In this document: in pieces, positions 20,043 through 27,813 of the stretch
How the letters are laid out: each line of letters starts with the position of its first letter
How positions within the stretch are numbered: position 1 is the first letter of the stretch
Assembly: GCA_965237775.1 (NCBI GenBank)
Contig: OZ250155.1
Location: 17,084 to 81,083, forward strand
Direction: 5' to 3'
DNA: 64,000 bases
Source: Dehalococcoidia bacterium
Lineage (GTDB): Bacteria > Chloroflexota > Dehalococcoidia > Lucifugimonadales > UBA3495
Program-made: the position numbers and the translations under genes
Notes under the pieces: generated by a model
What the model saw: the letters and a program-made list of their open reading frames with translations, nothing else
Databases searched by the model: none
Told to the model about the DNA's origin: nothing

Positions 20043-20529
20043 GGTCTCGCAGATGGTGGAGTCCAGGTCGATGGTCAGCGGCCCGTCGCCGGGTCCGGCG
20101 CCGGCGGCCCGGGTCCGGCGCCGGCGGCCCAGGCCCGGGCCAGCAGTTCCCGGCTCACCCGGTCCAGCTGGCGGACATGGCCCCACCGGAAGCTGCGCAG
20201 GAACGTCCCCAGAGCCTGCCCTCGCGAAAGCGGGGGGTGGAGGGCGCTTTGACCATGCACCCCAGCACCGAGGAGGTCCGCCCCGCACGCAGCGCATCGG
20301 CGTCGTCAATGCAATCGCCGCCCGCCAGCGCCGAGGCCACCAGCGTCAGCATCTTGTCTCCCGCGTTCGCCCGCCCCGGCGCATACCCGAGGTCAAGGTG
20401 ACGGTCAACGAGTTCACGCAGGCCCACGTGCTGGGCCAGGGTGGCCGGAAGAAGCAGCCCGGCATTGTTGACCAGGCGGTGGTCGTCGAAGGCGATTTGG
20501 ATGCGGTCGGGGTGCTCAAGTGGTAGCAT
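20043..20529 (-). pseudogene. IS1380-family transposase, 5' portion (decayed)
   Basis: From the ATG at 20529 it reads MLPLEHPDRIQIAFDDHRLVNNAGLLLPATLAQHVGLRELVD. The frame is lost at a G6 run (20232-20237) and again at a perfect 20-bp tandem duplication (20091-20130). Beyond that it reads GDGPLTIDLDSTICET. Confidence 0.75.
20091..20130. repeat. Perfect 20-bp tandem duplication (gggtccggcgccggcggccc, two copies)
   Basis: The duplication is visible directly in the sequence. A single copy would restore AWAAGAGPGDGPLTIDLDSTICET in the IS1380 transposase. Confidence 0.9.
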
Positions 20530-20585
20530 CTGTTGGGTGCTCCTTGTTTCTGGTCGGTTCCCTCTCTCGAAAACCATTATCCCAG

Positions 20586-20833
20586 ATGCAAAGGAGCACT
20601 TTCTTACCCATTCACCACGCCGCGACCCTCATCTCTTCGGTGGATTGGGGCTTAGGCATCCTGCTACTTGGGTTAATTCTGGGAATAACGGCGATCTGGT
20701 TGCAAGCGCAGGCAGAGACCAGGGTCAAAAGCCGAATACCAAGGCAAGGAGCGATCATACTATTGGACCTCATCCTTGGGCTCGGCATACTGTTTGTCCC
20801 ACTCATGCTTAGCGTTCCGGTCGTGCAGCTGAG
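20586..20833 (+). pseudogene. 5' part of a multi-TM membrane protein gene split by IS copy A
   Basis: It reads MQRSTFLPIHHAATLISSVDWGLGILLLGLILGITAIWL...LFVPLMLSVPVVQLS and continues in frame at 22690 once the IS is removed. Confidence 0.55.
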
Positions 20834-22689
20834 CCTAGAAATGCGGATGAAAAGCCTTGGTTGAGAAGAGGGCTTTAGGCAGAAAGGCCGGCGTCAGCAA
20901 CGCCAGCGGCCAAATCAGACCGAGCCGGATTGCACCAAATGTTGCTGTAGCACTGTCGGCGCCGGCCCAGGCGTCACGGTAGCCGATGGCAGCGCCACCA
21001 ATATCGCCTGTCAAACCGGTTTTGCCCGCCAGCAGGGTCAGGTTGGCCACCGTGGCTGCCAGGTACAGCTGGAACCGGGTTTTGGTCCGACCGAAGTAGC
21101 GGGCCTGGCGAATCCCCAGCTGCACCAGCCGGGCCAGCCGGTGCTCCACCACCACCCGGCGTTGACAATACCCGGCAAAGGCTTCGCTCTGCTGCAGGGC
21201 CCGGGCCTGCTGCAACAAAGCCTCCTGCGGGTGCAGTTGGACCGTTCGCCCCAATCCCGATGACCCGGCCACGCATTGAGAGCGCAGCGGGCAGGCTCCG
21301 CACACCGCCGCATCGAACCGGAAGGCTTGCAGCCGGTGAGTCCGTCCCGTGGAACCGGTCCGCTTCCCCGCCGGCAGCAGCTTCCGGGTGACCTGACCCG
21401 CCGGACAGGTGCAGGTTCCCGCCGCCAGGTCAATCCGGAAGTCATCCTTCGGGAAGTGTTTCCGGTTCGGACGGCCCGGCACCCGGGCAATCAGGGTCCG
21501 TCCCGCGTCGGCGAAGGCCTGCCTGGTATCGCCGTCGCCATAAGCGGCATCGCCCAGCGCCTCCTCCACCGGCACACCGGTATTGGCCTCGCTCCGTTCC
21601 ACCAGTTCCAAGGCCCCCAGGTTGTCCGGAGCGTTGCCGGGCAATACTTCCACAGCAGTAATGAGCTGGGTATCGGTGTCCACCACAATCGCCGCCTTGT
21701 GCCCGTCGAAGCGACGGCTGCTGCTCTTGTGGCCGTGGCGCATCTCCGGGTCATGCACCGACACCATCCGGTCCTTGCTCACCCCGTCCTTGAGACCAAT
21801 ACCGTCGCCGGTGCGCTCCACATCCTGGAGCAGCAACTGCCCCAGCAACTCCGCCGCCGCGACGATGCCCTGCCGCTCAGGGCTGCCCTCCGGCAGAGCC
21901 TCCTGCGCCTGCCGCCCTGCTTCCAACAGACGGTCGGCGTCAGCCACAATCGTGGCCAGCAACCCCGCCCGTGCCCCCTTGTCGGACCAGTCGATGGCCG
22001 ACTCTCCCTTGATGCTGGATGCAAGGTACCGCCCGTACCCCTGGGCCTCGGCCCATCCTTTGACATTGGACCTCTCCACGGCTGCCAGCGCCCGCAGCAG
22101 CTTCACAATCCCGTCCGCCAGCAGGTTGAAGGTGTCCCTCACGGCGCCCCGCCCCAGGATGTTCGTGGTGTCCAGCGCCACCCGCATGCCGCGCTTTTTT
22201 AGGTAGCCCGACTCCCGGGCCAGCCGCAGGCTGGACTCGAACACCGCCCGCACCTTGTCGTGGAGAATCAACTGGGCGCGGAACACCTGGAGCGTGCTCT
22301 TGGCGAAGGGCCTGTCCTCCACCTCAATTCCCAACGCCACTTTCCAGCGGATGTCGAAGTCGGCTCTGGCCTTGGCCTCGGCGTCGCTCACCTTGTCGTG
22401 GGTCTGCAGCAGCAGCGCCGTGGCCAGCAGGCTGGGCGGCACGCTGTCCCGGCCGTTGTCGGCGCAGTAGAACTCGGCGAAGTCGGAGTCCCGGAATAGT
22501 TGGCCTCTCAACGATGCCAACAGGCCGTAGAAAGTGTCCTTACCCACGTGGTCCAGATACAGCCGGTCCGCCTCCCAGAAGCCCCTCTGATCCGATCGCT
22601 CTCCCAGCATTCCCTTGCTCCGCTATCTTTGATACCCCGGAGTATAACCCCTGGCATCAAAATGGACAGTTTCCGGCCAGACTTCTAGG
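20834..22689 (-). mobile_element. IS1182/IS5-superfamily insertion sequence, copy A, 1856 bp
   Basis: The ends are CCTAGAAGTCTGG... and ...CCGCATTTCTAGG (an inverted repeat matching at 10 of 13 positions). The element appears identical to the copies at 23433-25288 and 60085-61940. Confidence 0.9.
20835..22610 (-). CDS. IS1182/IS5-like DDE transposase (591 aa)
   Basis: The N-terminal InsH/DUF772-like region reads GRDSVPPSLLATALLLQTHDKVSDAEAKARADFDIRWKVALG. The DDE region contains FDGHKAAIVVD and LGDAAYGDGD. The C-terminus reads RRVVVEHRLARLVQLGIRQARYFGRTKTRFQLYLAATVANL. Confidence 0.9.
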   Translation of the reverse strand: MLGERSDQRGFWEADRLYLDHVGKDTFYGLLASLRGQLFRDSDFAEFYCADNGRDSVPPSLLATALLLQTHDKVSDAEAKARADFDIRWKVALGIEVEDRPFAKSTLQVFRAQLILHDKVRAVFESSLRLARESGYLKKRGMRVALDTTNILGRGAVRDTFNLLADGIVKLLRALAAVERSNVKGWAEAQGYGRYLASSIKGESAIDWSDKGARAGLLATIVADADRLLEAGRQAQEALPEGSPERQGIVAAAELLGQLLLQDVERTGDGIGLKDGVSKDRMVSVHDPEMRHGHKSSSRRFDGHKAAIVVDTDTQLITAVEVLPGNAPDNLGALELVERSEANTGVPVEEALGDAAYGDGDTRQAFADAGRTLIARVPGRPNRKHFPKDDFRIDLAAGTCTCPAGQVTRKLLPAGKRTGSTGRTHRLQAFRFDAAVCGACPLRSQCVAGSSGLGRTVQLHPQEALLQQARALQQSEAFAGYCQRRVVVEHRLARLVQLGIRQARYFGRTKTRFQLYLAATVANLTLLAGKTGLTGDIGGAAIGYRDAWAGADSATATFGAIRLGLIWPLALLTPAFLPKALFSTKAFHPHF

Positions 22690-22807
22690 CCAGGCTTTGA
22701 TAGCACCAAGCCACGTGTCGTATGTTCACATGTTAATCTTGTCCGCCGATGCAGGACTGATATTCGGGATACTGTCAACATGGACCGGGGGGAGATTGGG
22801 AAACTAA
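22690..22807 (+). pseudogene. 3' part of the membrane protein gene split by IS copy A
   Basis: The in-frame continuation reads ...QALIAPSHVSYVHMLILSADAGLIFGILSTWTGGRLGN*, which appears as the C-terminus of track ORF 22514..22807. Confidence 0.5.
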
Positions 22808-23256
22808 GGTGGTCCGCGTCTGCTTGGCACGGGGCGAGGGTCTTCATAGAGACGGCCACCCTGGCGTTTGCTGGCCGATGGCTGATCAGGGATGGGTTCC
22901 AGTTGATTGCCGAGCAGCATAAGTCGATCCAAGAAGCGCAAGGGGAAATCCTCAACATCTGGCCACTCGTGTTAATGCGGTTTTTCGGTACGATGCTGGT
23001 CTTCGCGGGTAGCGTGTCATTGATGGCTAGACAGGCCAGGTCCTGGCCTCAGCAGGAGGAAGTAGTAGGACAGGTGTCTCTCTCCGAACGTATCAGGTAT
23101 GGGGTTAGACGCGCTAAGGAGATAGTGAAATCTATACGGTTTCCCATCTCAGGCGATCGACCACCAGGGCACGGTCCGGTAGATCGAAAGGGAGAGATTT
23201 GCCAAGTCGAACGGGGACCTTCAGGCGATCTGCCGAGACGTCGGATGGATGCGTAG
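22780..23256 (+). CDS. Hypothetical protein with two hydrophobic segments, located between the inverted IS copies
   Basis: This 158-aa ORF is the only sizeable ORF in the 743-bp spacer. I recognised no motif. Confidence 0.3.
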   Translation: MDRGEIGKLRWSASAWHGARVFIETATLAFAGRWLIRDGFQLIAEQHKSIQEAQGEILNIWPLVLMRFFGTMLVFAGSVSLMARQARSWPQQEEVVGQVSLSERIRYGVRRAKEIVKSIRFPISGDRPPGHGPVDRKGEICQVERGPSGDLPRRRMDA

Positions 23257-23432
23257 CCAATGCCGCCCGGCTCGGTGCCCAGCGTTCCCCTCAAAGGTTG
23301 GGGGGAGCTGTGATGACTAACCGCGCACCGGTGTCGGGTTACACAAGCGTGATAGTACGCCTACGGACACAGGGGCTCTGCCAATAGGATTCGACAAGAA
23401 ATCCGGGTGCATTCTCGAACCCCTGGGCAGGT

Positions 23433-25288
23433 CCTAGAAGTCTGGCCGGAAACTGTCCATTTTGATGCCAGGGGTTATACTCCGGGGTATCAAAGATAGC
23501 GGAGCAAGGGAATGCTGGGAGAGCGATCGGATCAGAGGGGCTTCTGGGAGGCGGACCGGCTGTATCTGGACCACGTGGGTAAGGACACTTTCTACGGCCT
23601 GTTGGCATCGTTGAGAGGCCAACTATTCCGGGACTCCGACTTCGCCGAGTTCTACTGCGCCGACAACGGCCGGGACAGCGTGCCGCCCAGCCTGCTGGCC
23701 ACGGCGCTGCTGCTGCAGACCCACGACAAGGTGAGCGACGCCGAGGCCAAGGCCAGAGCCGACTTCGACATCCGCTGGAAAGTGGCGTTGGGAATTGAGG
23801 TGGAGGACAGGCCCTTCGCCAAGAGCACGCTCCAGGTGTTCCGCGCCCAGTTGATTCTCCACGACAAGGTGCGGGCGGTGTTCGAGTCCAGCCTGCGGCT
23901 GGCCCGGGAGTCGGGCTACCTAAAAAAGCGCGGCATGCGGGTGGCGCTGGACACCACGAACATCCTGGGGCGGGGCGCCGTGAGGGACACCTTCAACCTG
24001 CTGGCGGACGGGATTGTGAAGCTGCTGCGGGCGCTGGCAGCCGTGGAGAGGTCCAATGTCAAAGGATGGGCCGAGGCCCAGGGGTACGGGCGGTACCTTG
24101 CATCCAGCATCAAGGGAGAGTCGGCCATCGACTGGTCCGACAAGGGGGCACGGGCGGGGTTGCTGGCCACGATTGTGGCTGACGCCGACCGTCTGTTGGA
24201 AGCAGGGCGGCAGGCGCAGGAGGCTCTGCCGGAGGGCAGCCCTGAGCGGCAGGGCATCGTCGCGGCGGCGGAGTTGCTGGGGCAGTTGCTGCTCCAGGAT
24301 GTGGAGCGCACCGGCGACGGTATTGGTCTCAAGGACGGGGTGAGCAAGGACCGGATGGTGTCGGTGCATGACCCGGAGATGCGCCACGGCCACAAGAGCA
24401 GCAGCCGTCGCTTCGACGGGCACAAGGCGGCGATTGTGGTGGACACCGATACCCAGCTCATTACTGCTGTGGAAGTATTGCCCGGCAACGCTCCGGACAA
24501 CCTGGGGGCCTTGGAACTGGTGGAACGGAGCGAGGCCAATACCGGTGTGCCGGTGGAGGAGGCGCTGGGCGATGCCGCTTATGGCGACGGCGATACCAGG
24601 CAGGCCTTCGCCGACGCGGGACGGACCCTGATTGCCCGGGTGCCGGGCCGTCCGAACCGGAAACACTTCCCGAAGGATGACTTCCGGATTGACCTGGCGG
24701 CGGGAACCTGCACCTGTCCGGCGGGTCAGGTCACCCGGAAGCTGCTGCCGGCGGGGAAGCGGACCGGTTCCACGGGACGGACTCACCGGCTGCAAGCCTT
24801 CCGGTTCGATGCGGCGGTGTGCGGAGCCTGCCCGCTGCGCTCTCAATGCGTGGCCGGGTCATCGGGATTGGGGCGAACGGTCCAACTGCACCCGCAGGAG
24901 GCTTTGTTGCAGCAGGCCCGGGCCCTGCAGCAGAGCGAAGCCTTTGCCGGGTATTGTCAACGCCGGGTGGTGGTGGAGCACCGGCTGGCCCGGCTGGTGC
25001 AGCTGGGGATTCGCCAGGCCCGCTACTTCGGTCGGACCAAAACCCGGTTCCAGCTGTACCTGGCAGCCACGGTGGCCAACCTGACCCTGCTGGCGGGCAA
25101 AACCGGTTTGACAGGCGATATTGGTGGCGCTGCCATCGGCTACCGTGACGCCTGGGCCGGCGCCGACAGTGCTACAGCAACATTTGGTGCAATCCGGCTC
25201 GGTCTGATTTGGCCGCTGGCGTTGCTGACGCCGGCCTTTCTGCCTAAAGCCCTCTTCTCAACCAAGGCTTTTCATCCGCATTTCTAGG
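23433..25288 (+). mobile_element. IS1182/IS5-superfamily insertion sequence, copy B, 1856 bp
   Basis: It has the same ends and the same internal ORF set as copy A, in the opposite orientation. Confidence 0.9.
23512..25287 (+). CDS. IS1182/IS5-like DDE transposase (591 aa)
   Basis: Its translation is identical to those of 20835..22610 and 60164..61939. Confidence 0.9.
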   Translation: MLGERSDQRGFWEADRLYLDHVGKDTFYGLLASLRGQLFRDSDFAEFYCADNGRDSVPPSLLATALLLQTHDKVSDAEAKARADFDIRWKVALGIEVEDRPFAKSTLQVFRAQLILHDKVRAVFESSLRLARESGYLKKRGMRVALDTTNILGRGAVRDTFNLLADGIVKLLRALAAVERSNVKGWAEAQGYGRYLASSIKGESAIDWSDKGARAGLLATIVADADRLLEAGRQAQEALPEGSPERQGIVAAAELLGQLLLQDVERTGDGIGLKDGVSKDRMVSVHDPEMRHGHKSSSRRFDGHKAAIVVDTDTQLITAVEVLPGNAPDNLGALELVERSEANTGVPVEEALGDAAYGDGDTRQAFADAGRTLIARVPGRPNRKHFPKDDFRIDLAAGTCTCPAGQVTRKLLPAGKRTGSTGRTHRLQAFRFDAAVCGACPLRSQCVAGSSGLGRTVQLHPQEALLQQARALQQSEAFAGYCQRRVVVEHRLARLVQLGIRQARYFGRTKTRFQLYLAATVANLTLLAGKTGLTGDIGGAAIGYRDAWAGADSATATFGAIRLGLIWPLALLTPAFLPKALFSTKAFHPHF

Positions 25289-25317
25289 GAACCAATATTA
25301 TTACCTGGAGGTGGACC

Positions 25318-26097
25318 ATGGCACTCATAGACCTCAATCGCCCGCCGGGCGAATATCTCCCGGAGCAGCGTGACCACGGTTGTGTCAGCGGAGACGTGGA
25401 GGCGGTGTTCCGCAACCATCAGGAACGGGTGATACACCTCTTCAAGGAGGCCCGCGAGCGCAACCTGGCGTGCGTGGGCGCGGTCGCCTGGCTCACCGCC
25501 CCCCGGGTCCTCGCCGCGATGGCCACTATCCCCACGTCGCTAATAGTCCAGAAGGAAGACTTCCTGCGCTCGGACATCTCCGCCGGCGGAAACCTCGACG
25601 CGTGGAAGGCACGCCTGCGGCGGCAGTACGAGGCCATCGCCGACTCGGACCGCCGGCGAGACCCGGGCATTGCGTTCCAGCGCCAGAACATGCCCGATCC
25701 CCTTGGAAGCATGTCATACGGCGGCGACCCGCAGATTTCCGGCGTCTATGCTTTCGGCATCAGGAATGACCGGAGCAAGGAGGGAGGGCGGAGACAGCCC
25801 CTGATGCACAACAAGTTCTTGGCGTTCATCAGGGGTGTCGTGCAGGCTGGTACTGCCTGTGAGGGAGAGGGGGACGGGGCCTCAACCCTCGACTTCCACT
25901 GGCTTGTCGAGGCCGTTTGGACGGGCTCCTGCAACCTGAGCCTGTTGGCCCCGCGGTCCCGGGAGAATACGGTCATCATCAGGGACCCTGCCATCGGCAA
26001 CGCCTACCTGCACGAGTGGGCGGACATGATGGCCCTATCGGAGCCCCCGGACTGGAACTCGGCTTGGATCGACCCCCAATGGCGCACCGGCACCTGA
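25318..26097 (+). CDS. Phospholipase D-family (single HKD motif, Nuc-like) protein
   Basis: The HKD signature is LMHNKFLAF, followed by VWTGSCNLSLLAPRSRENTVII (an HxK...GSxN arrangement). GGAGGTGG lies upstream of the ATG. Confidence 0.7.
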   Translation: MALIDLNRPPGEYLPEQRDHGCVSGDVEAVFRNHQERVIHLFKEARERNLACVGAVAWLTAPRVLAAMATIPTSLIVQKEDFLRSDISAGGNLDAWKARLRRQYEAIADSDRRRDPGIAFQRQNMPDPLGSMSYGGDPQISGVYAFGIRNDRSKEGGRRQPLMHNKFLAFIRGVVQAGTACEGEGDGASTLDFHWLVEAVWTGSCNLSLLAPRSRENTVIIRDPAIGNAYLHEWADMMALSEPPDWNSAWIDPQWRTGT

Positions 26098-26194
26098 CGC
26101 TGCCGCCGCCAGCGGCTGTGAAAACCCGGATTATTGACATAATTATCGGGGAGGTGAGGCATGGCGAAACCGCAGGGACGGCTCCTATTTCTGG

Positions 26195-26713
26195 GTGACC
26201 TGGCTCACCAAACTCCTGAGCGGAGAGAACTCGTGCGAATGGGCGACCTGGTTCAGGGCCCGCCACGAGAGCGGCAGCTGGGAGCAGGTCCCCGGGGATT
26301 TCGACCGGGCCGGGAGGCAGAACCACTTTGCCCTGAGGGGCGGCGCGGGCACGCTGGGAGGCCAGCCGGACCTGGTCGCCAGGATGGGCGAGACGGGCGC
26401 CATCATCGACGCCAAGACCGGGAAACCGAGCCCGTCCCACCTGGCCCAGGTCATTCTCTACATGTACGCCGTGCCCAGGGCAATCGGGCGGCGCCAGGGC
26501 GTGGTCTTCGACGGCCAGGTGGCCTGTGCGGACTACGTCGTCGACATACCGGCCTCCGACGTCGATGACCGGTTCGTGGAACGGCTCTCACAGTTGATCG
26601 GCCGGTTGGCGTCGGACGCCCCGGTGAGGAAGATTCCCAGAACCGGCGCTCGCCGGTTCTGCCCCATCACGGCGGGGGGAACCGTTCGCTATTGGGGTAT
26701 GAGGGTATTGTAG
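26195..26713 (+). CDS. PD-(D/E)xK nuclease, Cas4/RecB-like
   Basis: The core reads QPDLVARMGETGAIIDAKTGKPSPSHLAQVILYMYA (D...D-x-K...Q..Y), with an N-terminal Cys (ENSCEW) and a C-terminal RRFCPI. The start is uncertain: the track uses a GTG and the frame is open from 26138. Confidence 0.6.
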   Translation: MTWLTKLLSGENSCEWATWFRARHESGSWEQVPGDFDRAGRQNHFALRGGAGTLGGQPDLVARMGETGAIIDAKTGKPSPSHLAQVILYMYAVPRAIGRRQGVVFDGQVACADYVVDIPASDVDDRFVERLSQLIGRLASDAPVRKIPRTGARRFCPITAGGTVRYWGMRVL

Positions 26714-27494
26714 CCAGCCCTATATGCCCCACGAGCAAACGATACAGGCCAGGCCGCCGCCGAATGGGCCCGCCACCGGGACATCGTCTCCCTCGGGACC
26801 CTGACCGTCGCAACCGCCGTGACCGGCACAGCCGTCGTGATCGCAACCGGCTCGGCGATGTCCCGGGACATCGCCGCCGGCAACCCGGCAACCCGGCAAC
26901 CCCGGTTATCATCTGGGGCTACTTGGGCATCATCATCCTGGGACTCTACCTGGCCATCACACTGGCGACCGACGCCGCTGAGCCGGAGACCAGGGAGACC
27001 CCGCACAGGCATGGCGCCGCGGTATCCCCGCCGTAAGCCATCATGGCCAACTCGGCCGCCGGAAACGGCGACTGGCGCCTGGCGATCATCTGGTCCGTGG
27101 CCGCAGCGGTCTTCGTCTCAGCACCGACGGTTTTCCTGTTCAGGTTCGAGAGACGGAGATGAGCCCGTGAGTCCGGAAGCAAGGCCAGGCGAGAGGCCGG
27201 AGACCAAGAGAAGGCGCGACCGCCTTGCTGGTATCCCGAAGGCCACGACGATGGAAGCCGCCACCGACCCGGGCTGGCTGACTACGATTACGATCAATAG
27301 TCGGGACGACTTCCCTGGGGATTCCGGGGTGAACCCCAGGCGGGCAACTCCTGAGCGCCCTGCTTCCGGGCGGGCAGTATCACCCGGTACATCAAGGCCG
27401 AAGGTTTCAGGGGATAGATGACCGCCTTCGCCGACAACCAGAGAGGACCCACGGAAGAAATCCCGGATGTGCCGGCCTTCATCAACAGGTCGAC

Positions 27495-27672
27495 TCACCC
27501 GTAATTGACACTGAAGGACGGAGACATCCTGAAAGCGCCATCCCGGGCAACCCATTGCGCCCGCAGATTACCCCCCGCCAAAGCCCGCTCCAGCATCTCC
27601 AAGGCCAATCGGCCCTGTGTCAGTCGGCCGGCTAACGGCTCAGTGGCCGCCGCCAAGCCGGAAACGAAGTGT
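27495..27672 (-). pseudogene. Relic fragment of an IS701-family transposase
   Basis: The reverse-strand translation GRLALEMLERALAGGNLRAQWVARDGAFRMSPSFSVNYG* parallels TELALVMLERARELGHLRAKWVAGDDAFGMSPSFREGL in the intact copy at 1542..2819. Confidence 0.45.
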
Positions 27673-27813
27673 CCCGTACTCCTAGGGGATTTCCCTACGG
27701 TTTCACCCCTTTTCTATGACATCCCCCCTGCATCGGCACCTACAGGAATCGCAGGACGCTCCCCCACCGAACTGTCCGGTGGTTGTAGCTGATGGTGGGG
27801 TATTTCAACGGGC

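Noticed and set aside
26714-27494. ORFs 26692..27036, 26819..27421 and 27118..27555 considered as genes.
   Set aside because: Their translations are Arg/Pro-rich and low-complexity, they overlap one another, and they carry no motifs. The neighbourhood contains an IS701 transposase relic, so this is more likely decayed IS or intergenic DNA.
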